Part shown: piece after piece, positions 1 to 8,957 of the stretch | Layout: every line of letters begins with the position of its first letter | Position numbering within the stretch: position 1 is the stretch's first letter | From: an uncultured virus (IMG/VR IMGVR_UViG_3300008952_000017) | Lineage: Duplodnaviria > Heunggongvirae > Uroviricota > Caudoviricetes | Virus record (IMG/VR): IMGVR_UViG_3300008952_000017 | Length of the DNA: 64,000 nucleotides | Reading direction: 5' to 3' (one strand) | Translations under genes and position numbers: made by a program | Notes under the pieces: model-generated | What the model was told of the DNA's origin: nothing | Database searches by the model: none | What the model saw: the letters and a program-made list of their open reading frames with translations, nothing else

Positions 1-3000
1 TTTGTAATTTGAATCAACAGTAACTGCACCAGCAGCAATATGTAATACCTCAGTTGCACCTACTGAGAATCCTAATTGGTCTGCTCCTTTTCTATACATT
101 CCTGTATTAGTATCAGAAGAGAATGAAAAGGTGGGTGCGCTTGCAGAACCATTAGCCCCACCAGCATTTGAATCACCACCACCTGCTGCTGCCCAAGCAG
201 TTGTTCCATCTGTTTGAGCCGTTAAGACATAATCATTTGTTCCTGTTACGGCTTGAGGCAAATAATACTGACTGTTTATTTGCACCTTACTTGTTGCATC
301 TCTGCCAAGACTTACTTTACTATTAGCATCATCACCAGGAACAATGTAAATATGCCCAGCATCACTGTCATTTAATTGCATATAAGGTTCTGTGAAACTT
401 GCATTAGTGTTGGTAGTTAGAACCAAATCATGAGAACCGCTTGAAGTTAATTTAGCATTAGCAGAACCTGTGCCAATAGTAGTTACTGCTCCAGTTAAGG
501 ATGCGGATTCAACCCAAGTGAAACCGCCTGAGGTACTATCGTAAGACAGAAGATAGTTGTCTGACGGTGAATTGGTCGATTTCAATTTGGCTTCTAACAG
601 AGAATTGTCAGCCATATGAGCGTTGTCGATAGAGCCATCGGCATAGTGCTGGCTGTCGATAGCGTCATTGGCGATGTAGCCACCCGCAATTGCAGTTCCC
701 TGCCATACTCCTGTCCCTATTGTTCCTACTGTGGCTATGCTTGCATGGCCTGCTACAGGGGACAATACCGAGGCGATTGCCGTCCCATCAATAGTAATGG
801 CATCGGCTTCTAATGTTCCATCAACATCGACATTCCCTGAGATATCAAGGCTCGCTGCCTCTATCTCACCTGATGCTTTGAACACTACATTGTTGCCAGC
901 ACTAACACGGAACGTGACTTGGTTATCTGTTGTGAAATCAATTAGATTATCAGCATCTCTACCAACCTTCCTTGCTGTATTGTAGTCTGTAGTGATGGCT
1001 GTCTGCGCCCCCGATACATTGAGCGTGACAGCACCACCAGTTCCTCCACCAGTTAATCCTGTCCCTGCTGTGACAGCGGTTATGTCACCACTCTCTGTTG
1101 TGTAACCATAAGCCTCAATCTTCTCTTTGATTGCGCCTGCAGTCATCAGTGAGGTGTCGTTATCTGCGAACCCACTCCCCGTATGAACGGTAGTAATACC
1201 AACTGTCCCTGAATCAGCATCATCGAAAGTCCAAGTCCCTGTTGTAGTAAATCCAGCAGCAGTAATTGTCCCTGTTGTAGTATCATTAGCATCATTCACA
1301 AGGAAGGCATCGGCAACATTGAGGGTTGCTGAGCCTGAAGTTGCTCCCCCTGTTAAATTAGTTCCAGCCACTACTGCAGTGATATCACCTGTGTGAGTAG
1401 TATAGCCGTAACCCTCTATCTTGTCAGCGATTGCAGCACTTGTCATCAGGCTAGTATCATTGTCAGCGAACGACTCCGAACTAACTTGTAGGCTGTTTGC
1501 GGCTAACTCATCTACAGTAAGACCACTAACATTGAGTGTGGCTGACCCACTGGTGGCTCCACCGGACAGACCTGTGCCTGCTACCACTGCAGTGATATCA
1601 CCTGTATTGGTAGTATAACCAAAGTCCGTAACGAATGTATGTATTTGGTCTGCTGTTGCTAACCCTGCTCCACCATCTGCTATTGCGGCTGTGTCTAATA
1701 CTGCGCCTGTTCCCAAGCCCAAGTTAGACCTTGCAGTTGAAGCACTAGCCAAGTCTGAAAGATTGCTTGCCTTAGCAAGTTTAGTGCCGATACTTGTAGT
1801 GATAGTTGTTGAGAAAGAGGCATCATCACCAAGAGCCGCCGCTAATTCATTTAGAGTATTAAGAGCAGAAGGAGAAGAATCAACTAATCCTGAAACTTCT
1901 GCATCAACATAAGCCTTAATTGATTGTTGTGAAGCAGCAGCAGTAGCACTATTGCTAGCCATGTTATCTTCATCTAACAAAGTTAGTTGGGTGTTGGTAT
2001 CTGTTGCGTTGATATTAGTGCCACTTGAAGTAATGTTGGTGTTAAGTGTGAACCACGCTAATGCTCCAGCGCTATCATCCCAACCTAGAACTCTATCCGC
2101 GTCAGGGTCAGCGAGTGACTCAAGACCTAAGTGGGAAAGGGCGACGGTCACACCACCACTTGAACCTCCACCGGACAAGCCCGTACCAGCAGTCACAGCG
2201 GTGATGTCACCGGTGGCTGTGGTGTACCCATAGGACAGTATCTTATCTTGGATAGCGGCAGAAGTCATTAGACTGGTATCATCATCAGCAAAGGACTCAG
2301 AACTAATTTGTAGACTACCTGCTGCTAACTCAGATACAGTAAGACCGCTAACATTGAGGGTAACACTACCACTTGACCCTCCACCGGACAAGCCCGTACC
2401 AGCAGTCACAGCGGTGATGTCCCCACCACCAGTTCCAAAACCATAGGCTTCTATCTTGTCAGCGATTGCTGCCGCAGTCATCAGAGAGGTGTCGTTGTCA
2501 TTGAAGGAAGTGCCTGAATCCTGAACGGTTGTGATGCCGACCGTTCCCGATGAGTATTCATCGAAAGTCCAAGTTCCTGTGGTAGTAAAACCTGCAGCAG
2601 TGATGGTGCCCGTGGTGGTATCATTAGCATCATTCACAAGGAAGGCATCATCTACGTTTAGAGTGACTGAACCTGAAGTTCCTCCCCCTGATAAATTAGT
2701 TCCAGCAGTAACTCCTGTTATGTCACCACTCTCTGTTGTGTAACCATAAGCCTCAATCTTCTCTTTGATTGCGCCTGCAGTCATCAGTGAGGTGTCGTTA
2801 TCTGCGAATGAAGTTCCTGAATCTTGAACAGTGGTTATTCCGATTGTCCCTGATGAGTGCTCATCAAATGTCCACGTTCCGGTGGTAGTGAAACCAGCAG
2901 CAGTAATTGTCCCTGTTGTAGTATCATTAGCATCATTCTTGAGGTAGACATCATCAACATTGAGGGTGACACTACCACTTGACCCTCCACCACTCAACCC

Positions 3001-6000
3001 TGTCCCAGCAGTAACTCCTGTTATGTCACCGGTAGTGGTTGAGTAGCCGTAGGATTCAATCTTCTCTTTGATTGCCCCTGCCGACATTAGGGTTGTGTCA
3101 TCATCGGTGAATGCAGACCCAACATCCACCTGTGTGATACCGGTGGTGTTACCAGCGGAGGTGTCGAAGGTCCACGTTCCATTGGTAGCGAACCCTCCTG
3201 CAGAGACATCACCTAGGAAGGAAGCCCTGTCACTCGTTTGGTTACCTATGATGAAGTTCCCACCTAAGTCTGAGTTCAATAGACCAATGATTTCCACCGC
3301 AGTTTGGTCTGCGGTAGCACTGGCTTCGATGTTATCCAACTTGTTGAAGAGAGTCACAGTGAAGTTCTTTTCAGTGAGGCCTCCGTCTCCAACTGAGTAT
3401 GTAGTGTTGGTATCAGTCGCATTGACGTTAGTCCCACTTATTGCTAAGTTACTGTTAGCCGAAGCAAACACTATTGCACCTGCACTGTCATCCCAAATTA
3501 GAAGTCTATCGCCATCAGGGTCTGAGAGTGATTCTATTCCTAGATGGCTTAAGTTTACAGTAGCACTACCTGAAGTAGCACCACCCGACAACCCCGTACC
3601 TGCTACTACTGCGGTGATATCACCTGAGCCTGAGCCGAAGTTCTGTGCGTCAATGTAATCATAGACTTGGTCACCAGTGACTAGGGCAGCACTACCATCA
3701 GCCACTGCCGATGTCTTAGCAGATATTGTTCTAGCAGCAGAGCCGTCGTAGGTAGTGTTACTGTTAAGTTGGAGAGTAGTGTTATCTACCGTGAGAGAAT
3801 TGGTGACAGAACCAGCAGAGCCAGTAGTATTTTGGTTGAGTGTGCCTACAGCGAGCACACCACTAGTAGCACTAAGACCGGAACCAGCAAGCAAAGTAGC
3901 CAGGGCATCTACGGTAGTACGTTGCTCAGTAGAACCATCGCTATCTAGAGTGAGGAATGAATCTCCTGACGCAGGCGTTACTGCGCTAAACTCTGATACA
4001 TCAACGGCTAGAGTGACCCCTCCACTAGACCCACCACCCGAGAGACCAACTCCAGCAGTAACTCCGGTAATATCGCCTGTATTAGCGGTAAAGCCGGAAT
4101 CGTTATTGAAAGCAGATAGTGGTATCTCTGAAATTAGTTTCCTTCTATCAGCACCATCGTCTAATAGAATTAACTCATCTTCTGAAGAGTTTATCGCTTG
4201 AGTCATGTCTGTGAGTTCTGACATATCAAGGGTGAGAGTGACACCACCACTGCTCCCACCACCTGACAGTCCAACCCCTGCAGTCACACCGGTGATGTCA
4301 CCGGCGTTCGTAGTGTAACTGTATGACTCTATCTTGTCTTGTATAGCAGCAGCAGTCATCAGTACTGTGTCACTGTCTGCGAAGGATTCACTACCTGTCT
4401 GCAGACTGGCTGCAGCCAATTCTGATGTTGTGAGCCCTGCGACGTTGAACGTAATTGTTTCATTACTGCTTTGGTTGGTAGTAAAGTCACCACCAGTAGA
4501 TAGACCTGTACCTGCAGCGAGTGTGATAGTGGCATTGTTGGCTGCGTCTGCAGTTGTCTGCGCCGTACCGTTGACCCTAAACGTGCCCGTGAGGTTAATG
4601 TCACCATCCACATCTAGTGTGTAACCAGGGGTCGCATCTGCTATACCTACTCGATTGTTGGTTGAGTCTACCTTGAGTGTGTTAGTATCGACAGTGAGGT
4701 CACCTGTGACTGCTAGACTACCCAGTGTACCAACACTAGTAATTTGTGTCTGAGCAGCGTCTACATTCAGAGTCGCAGAACCACTCGTAGCACCACCACT
4801 GAGCCCTGTTCCAGCCACTACTGCTGTAATGTCCCCCGAGCCCGAGCCAAATCCTTGAGCCTCTATGTAATCATATACTGCATTACCTGTAACTAATCCT
4901 GCTTCACTATCAGCAACACCACTTGAACCATCAGTAGCGACGGCCTTCACTGCTGCTGCACCTAAACCAAGATTAGAGCGTGCTCCACTAGCAGTAGTCG
5001 AACCAGTACCACCTAGCACTAGAGGGACTGTGCCTGCAGTAATTACCTGCCCTGACCCTGATATGCTTAGGTAGTTACTGGTGACTGAAGCCAATGTGAC
5101 ATTGGTAGAGTTGTCAGTGCCCGCCGCATCTACCCCTAGATTGGTACGAGCAGTGCCAGCATTAGCCAAGTCTGATAGGTTACTGGACTTAGCCAACTTG
5201 GTACCTATGGAGGTTGTGATAGTACTCGAGAATGAGGCATCATCATTGATTGCCGCAGCCAATTCGTTCAGAGTATTCAGTGTGCCTGGGGCAGAGTCTA
5301 TTAGGCCGGATACTTCTGCATCCACATAGGCCTTGATAGATTGTTGAGTTGCTAGGTGGCTAACAGAGTCACTAGCCATGTTATCTTCATCAAGAACAGG
5401 AACTACTAGGTCCACTGTGTCGTCTGATGTTTGGTATGTCGCAGTGATGAATGTCTCAGTGTTACCAGTAAACATAGCACCGGCATAGTCCTTGACTTGT
5501 GCACCACTCAGTTGAGTATTACTACTAGTAGAGGCTACAGTGAGTGTGCCTCCAGCGTCATCGTAAGTCAATGATATATCAGTACCTGCAGTAAGAAGGC
5601 CGTCCACATAGTCTTCTACCTGCTCTTGTGTGAGTTGAGTGTTAGTGTCAGTAGATGATATGCTAGTACCACTAATGCTCAAGTTACTGCCAGCCTCCAA
5701 CCATTTCAGCATTCCAGCACTATCGTCCCAAAACAACACCCTGTCAGCGTCAGGGTCTGCTAGACTCTCTATACCCAAGTGACTGAGAGCAAGGCTCACA
5801 CCACCACTGTTACCGCCACCACTTAGACCCGTACCGGCTGTTACTCCTGTGATATCACCAGTGTGAGTGGTATATCCGTATGATAGAATCTTATCCTGGA
5901 TGGAAGCACTGGTCATTAGGCTGGTATCATTATCAGCAAAAGATTCACTACTAATCTGCACCGCGTCTGCATGTAAGGCACTGAAAGGGATGTTAGCAAT

Positions 6001-7971
6001 AGATAGAGTATCACCTGTTAGAACAATAGGAGCCGACACAGCCAAGTTAGTGTTGGCGCTGATATCCACAGCAGATAGTGTCGAGAGAGACCCAAGACCA
6101 AGGTTGGTGCGAGCAGTACCTGCATCGGCTAAGTCAGACAAGTTACTGCTCTTGGCTAACTTTGTGCCTATCGAGGTGGTAATGGTACTAGAGAAGGAAG
6201 CATCATCCCCAAGAGCAGCAGCCAACTCGTTTAGTGTGTTGAGTGCTGCTGGTGCACTGTCTACTAAACCGGATACTTCTGCATCTACATATGCCTTGAT
6301 AGATTGTTGAGTGGCAAGGTATGTGGCCGAGTTGGAGGCCATGTCATCTTCATCTTTGACAGGGACGACGAAGTCCATGTTGTCGTTAGCATCATCGTGT
6401 GTGACAGTAATGAACGTCTTAGTGCCGCCAGTCCCGACCAAGGTACCAGCGAGGTCTCTTATTTCCTCATCTGTACGTTGGGTGTTGGTGTCAGCAGCGA
6501 CGAAGTCAATGGTACCATCACTATCCTCGTAAGTTACTGTGATGTTAGTCTCGGTATTCCCTGTCACCATAGCCCCTACAATATCTTGTATCTCCTCAGT
6601 GGTGTAACCGACATTGGAAGTGTACTCAAAAGCAGTACCTCCTGAGTTGACCTTGAGATACTGACCAGCATTCCCCATCGACGATGGTGTATCAGTGAGT
6701 GTGACGAAGGAGAGTGTACTAATTGCTGCTTGATAGTCACAACGAAGCCAAGTACTACCTTCGTAGATGAAGGTGGCTCTTTGGTCAGGAGTGAGTGTGG
6801 TGTTCAGTCCCGTAGAGTCAAAGACAATGTTACCACCACTGGCTGATGCATTGTTGCAGATTTCAACGACATGCCCTTCAGGGAATAGATAGACTGACCC
6901 ACTCTTCTCAGGGTTAAGTGTGACAGTGGCACCATTTGCTGGGCTGAAGATAAACCACTTGTCTCCGTGCGACTTGATGGTATATGAGCCAGTACTGACA
7001 GTCCCTGTAGGTGCAGCAACACCCTCAGTGAACAACCTCTTCGTAACGACTGCGGTCTCTGTGTTCTCTTGCCCTGCAAAGAAGAGGTCATCCATCATCT
7101 TCTTTGAGCCACGGTCTAAACCGTCGCCTGGCCCGTAACCTAGACTGGTACCCGTCTTACCTGTGGACATCCACAGTGCTCCAATATCAATACGGGTGCT
7201 ACCATTAGTGAGGCCGCCTAACGAACCCGCTTCATCACCCGAGAAAAGAGAATTGAGTTCAGCAGCACTATTCACGCCATGCAAGTTACCTCTCTCAATC
7301 TGAGACACCTCACTACCATCAGTAACAAGGGAACCCGCACTGAGTGGTGTCATGAAGATGGGGTTGGCTCGAGTGAATACCCTCTTGTCATTGATTTCTT
7401 GGACATCTACCTTGTGACTACCTCCTGACACGTCATAGGAGCAGCGTACAGTCGCTAAGACAATGACTTGGTCGTTGACAATGCTCCCAGTCGTGTCGTA
7501 GTCTATGAGATACTGACTAGGGAGTTGGGGGTATAATCCATCTCCGGTTTGAACAGGTGTCCCGCCATCAGCGTGAACCCTGGCTTGCCCCCCTTGAGAG
7601 GCCACATAGACACAGTACATGGACTGCTCTCCAGCAGCCGCCAAGGCTGTGCCAGTGCCATGGCTGCCAATAGTAAGAGTAACACTACCACCTGGACCCC
7701 CCGCAAACTCGTACACTTGGCCGTCTAAAATGACATAACCGCCTTGCACTAGAAGAGTGCTAACAGAGGCACGAGTGATTGCACCAGGTTGTGTATTCAC
7801 TGCATTACGTGTAGAACCATAAGCAGTATCCTGCAGCCTTAATATCCCATTACCTCGCAGACCTTGAAGAAGGTTTGATAGAGTAGTAGGGGATAGTGAA
7901 TCACCGTCCCTTAGTCCCTCAGCACCTAGGGTATTCTCTGCCGCTGTATGGCCTGCTAATGCGTCTACCAT
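1..7971 (-). CDS. Very long repetitive tail fibre/adhesin (>2657 aa, C-terminus runs off the window)
   Basis: Not in the ORF track because it lacks a stop. ATG at 7971 (MVDALAGHTAAENTLG...) reads open by my translation to position 1 (...VTVDSNYK). About 12 copies of GDIT.V.AG(T/V).L.GG, 3 copies of QQSIKAYVDAEVSGL.DS.P..LNTLNELAAA and A(R)xNLGL fibre motifs. Last gene of the tail module. Confidence 0.85.
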   Translation of the reverse strand, partial: MVDALAGHTAAENTLGAEGLRDGDSLSPTTLSNLLQGLRGNGILRLQDTAYGSTRNAVNTQPGAITRASVSTLLVQGGYVILDGQVYEFAGGPGGSVTLTIGSHGTGTALAAAGEQSMYCVYVASQGGQARVHADGGTPVQTGDGLYPQLPSQYLIDYDTTGSIVNDQVIVLATVRCSYDVSGGSHKVDVQEINDKRVFTRANPIFMTPLSAGSLVTDGSEVSQIERGNLHGVNSAAELNSLFSGDEAGSLGGLTNGSTRIDIGALWMSTGKTGTSLGYGPGDGLDRGSKKMMDDLFFAGQENTETAVVTKRLFTEGVAAPTGTVSTGSYTIKSHGDKWFIFSPANGATVTLNPEKSGSVYLFPEGHVVEICNNASASGGNIVFDSTGLNTTLTPDQRATFIYEGSTWLRCDYQAAISTLSFVTLTDTPSSMGNAGQYLKVNSGGTAFEYTSNVGYTTEEIQDIVGAMVTGNTETNITVTYEDSDGTIDFVAADTNTQRTDEEIRDLAGTLVGTGGTKTFITVTHDDANDNMDFVVPVKDEDDMASNSATYLATQQSIKAYVDAEVSGLVDSAPAALNTLNELAAALGDDASFSSTITTSIGTKLAKSSNLSDLADAGTARTNLGLGSLSTLSAVDISANTNLAVSAPIVLTGDTLSIANIPFSALHADAVQISSESFADNDTSLMTSASIQDKILSYGYTTHTGDITGVTAGTGLSGGGNSGGVSLALSHLGIESLADPDADRVLFWDDSAGMLKWLEAGSNLSISGTSISSTDTNTQLTQEQVEDYVDGLLTAGTDISLTYDDAGGTLTVASTSSNTQLSGAQVKDYAGAMFTGNTETFITATYQTSDDTVDLVVPVLDEDNMASDSVSHLATQQSIKAYVDAEVSGLIDSAPGTLNTLNELAAAINDDASFSSTITTSIGTKLAKSSNLSDLANAGTARTNLGVDAAGTDNSTNVTLASVTSNYLSISGSGQVITAGTVPLVLGGTGSTTASGARSNLGLGAAAVKAVATDGSSGVADSEAGLVTGNAVYDYIEAQGFGSGSGDITAVVAGTGLSGGATSGSATLNVDAAQTQITSVGTLGSLAVTGDLTVDTNTLKVDSTNNRVGIADATPGYTLDVDGDINLTGTFRVNGTAQTTADAANNATITLAAGTGLSTGGDFTTNQSSNETITFNVAGLTTSELAAASLQTGSESFADSDTVLMTAAAIQDKIESYSYTTNAGDITGVTAGVGLSGGGSSGGVTLTLDMSELTDMTQAINSSEDELILLDDGADRRKLISEIPLSAFNNDSGFTANTGDITGVTAGVGLSGGGSSGGVTLAVDVSEFSAVTPASGDSFLTLDSDGSTEQRTTVDALATLLAGSGLSATSGVLAVGTLNQNTTGSAGSVTNSLTVDNTTLQLNSNTTYDGSAARTISAKTSAVADGSAALVTGDQVYDYIDAQNFGSGSGDITAVVAGTGLSGGATSGSATVNLSHLGIESLSDPDGDRLLIWDDSAGAIVFASANSNLAISGTNVNATDTNTTYSVGDGGLTEKNFTVTLFNKLDNIEASATADQTAVEIIGLLNSDLGGNFIIGNQTSDRASFLGDVSAGGFATNGTWTFDTSAGNTTGITQVDVGSAFTDDDTTLMSAGAIKEKIESYGYSTTTGDITGVTAGTGLSGGGSSGSVTLNVDDVYLKNDANDTTTGTITAAGFTTTGTWTFDEHSSGTIGITTVQDSGTSFADNDTSLMTAGAIKEKIEAYGYTTESGDITGVTAGTNLSGGGTSGSVTLNVDDAFLVNDANDTTTGTITAAGFTTTGTWTFDEYSSGTVGITTVQDSGTSFNDNDTSLMTAAAIADKIEAYGFGTGGGDITAVTAGTGLSGGGSSGSVTLNVSGLTVSELAAGSLQISSESFADDDTSLMTSAAIQDKILSYGYTTATGDITAVTAGTGLSGGGSSGGVTVALSHLGLESLADPDADRVLGWDDSAGALAWFTLNTNITSSGTNINATDTNTQLTLLDEDNMASNSATAAASQQSIKAYVDAEVSGLVDSSPSALNTLNELAAALGDDASFSTTITTSIGTKLAKASNLSDLASASTARSNLGLGTGAVLDTAAIADGGAGLATADQIHTFVTDFGYTTNTGDITAVVAGTGLSGGATSGSATLNVSGLTVDELAANSLQVSSESFADNDTSLMTSAAIADKIEGYGYTTHTGDITAVVAGTNLTGGATSGSATLNVADAFLVNDANDTTTGTITAAGFTTTGTWTFDDADSGTVGITTVHTGSGFADNDTSLMTAGAIKEKIEAYGYTTESGDITAVTAGTGLTGGGTGGAVTLNVSGAQTAITTDYNTARKVGRDADNLIDFTTDNQVTFRVSAGNNVVFKASGEIEAASLDISGNVDVDGTLEADAITIDGTAIASVLSPVAGHASIATVGTIGTGVWQGTAIAGGYIANDAIDSQHYADGSIDNAHMADNSLLEAKLKSTNSPSDNYLLSYDSTSGGFTWVESASLTGAVTTIGTGSANAKLTSSGSHDLVLTTNTNASFTEPYMQLNDSDAGHIYIVPGDDANSKVSLGRDATSKVQINSQYYLPQAVTGTNDYVLTAQTDGTTAWAAAGGGDSNAGGANGSASAPTFSFSSDTNTGMYRKGADQLGFSVGATEVLHIAAGAVTVDSNYK

Positions 7972-7973
7972 AA

Positions 7974-8159
7974 TTACCTGCTCCTCGAGACCCTAGTCAA
8001 GCCAATCTGCCTACGCATCTTCGGACGCCTAACCCCAACTTTAGCATGTCGACGATACTTCCTCATTTTCTTGCGCTTTTGATTCTTACGGGACAAGCGC
8101 TGGACTCTAGCCTGGGCCATCTTAGCAGGTCTTTGTGAGATGTATGACTTAGCCATCAT
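7974..8159 (-). CDS. Small Arg/Lys-rich basic protein (possible DNA-condensing virion protein)
   Basis: 61-aa ORF, very R/K-rich, fills the gap between neighbours, GGGGGTAG SD-like sequence upstream. Confidence 0.6.
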   Translation of the reverse strand: MMAKSYISQRPAKMAQARVQRLSRKNQKRKKMRKYRRHAKVGVRRPKMRRQIGLTRVSRSR

Positions 8160-8610
8160 CTACCCCCTGTAACTCATTGAACCTTGAATTGATATAATCA
8201 AAAGTTTGTGTTTGTGTATCTGGGTGAGGGTGCCAAGCAAACCTATCAGGCTTGAATCTAGCATGACCAGTGCCCCACCCTGCCGAAGGAAGAACCAAAT
8301 GGGTATACCCTTCATTCATTGCTCGTTCATATGCCGCCTGAATATCTGCCTCAAACTTAGCAATGTTATCCTCATATGTATCATCAGTCCAATAGGCTCC
8401 CACACGAGTACTGGGCTGACCTTTAGTACGTATTCCATGTGAGTTTTCTGCATAACGAATTACCGCTTGGCCAGACCTAGGCCCTGTCCCTTTACGACGG
8501 TCATTGTCACCAAACAAGAAGAGTTTTCTAGGGTGGTTTTCACATACCTCATGACTGAACCGTGGCATAGTCATAATCTTGACGCCCTTCAATACAGACC
8601 ACCAGTGCAT
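8149..8610 (-). CDS. Conserved phage protein of the FGDN...GQA.IR...G.xTK family (DUF7831-like, possibly Macro-related)
   Basis: Motifs LFLFGDN, GQAVIR, GIRTK and LVLPSAGWGTG. ATG at 8610 overlaps the upstream stop (TGATG). Family name is from memory. Confidence 0.6.
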   Translation of the reverse strand: MHWWSVLKGVKIMTMPRFSHEVCENHPRKLFLFGDNDRRKGTGPRSGQAVIRYAENSHGIRTKGQPSTRVGAYWTDDTYEDNIAKFEADIQAAYERAMNEGYTHLVLPSAGWGTGHARFKPDRFAWHPHPDTQTQTFDYINSRFNELQGVDDG

Positions 8611-8957
8611 CAATCCAACTCCAATATGAATGAGAATGATATCTCACTGCCTGCGTTCTTCGTGAAAGGTTCTAGGGCAGCCCTGTATATGGGGACGAAC
8701 TCGTTAGTACTCGGGTCCTTGTATTGCAGATAGACTTCTTGGATGCTACTGTTGTAAATGTGAGTAGCATCGAAGGTCCCATCAATCTGTAGGCTATTGT
8801 CATCTATGATACGAACTGAAGGTATAATGGAGCCCATGCTCCTTACACCTCCATCGTTAGCAGTAGCCTCTGTACCATCACTCCCTATGTGCAGTTCATT
8901 GACCAAAGTAGCAAGGTGCTCAATGAGACGTCTCTTGATAGAATTGAGTACTGGCAC
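8610..8957 (-). CDS. Small tail-tip/baseplate structural protein
   Basis: 115 aa, beta-rich, IGSDGT and F.K..G.EI.F pattern seen in tail-fibre attachment proteins. Translationally coupled to neighbours. Confidence 0.5.
   Translation of the reverse strand: MPVLNSIKRRLIEHLATLVNELHIGSDGTEATANDGGVRSMGSIIPSVRIIDDNSLQIDGTFDATHIYNSSIQEVYLQYKDPSTNEFVPIYRAALEPFTKNAGSEISFSFILELD

Noticed and set aside
1081..2938. Repeat pairs as possible DGR template and variable repeats
   Set aside because: No reverse transcriptase in the window, both copies are in-frame coding, and no adenine-specific mismatch pattern is evident.
1000..6400. CRISPR-like array
   Set aside because: The repeats are degenerate at third codon positions, irregularly spaced and protein coding.
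616..7706. Many short plus-strand and alternate-frame ORFs
   Set aside because: They are shadows of the long minus-strand fibre gene and mirror its repeats. The same applies to most plus-strand ORFs across the window.
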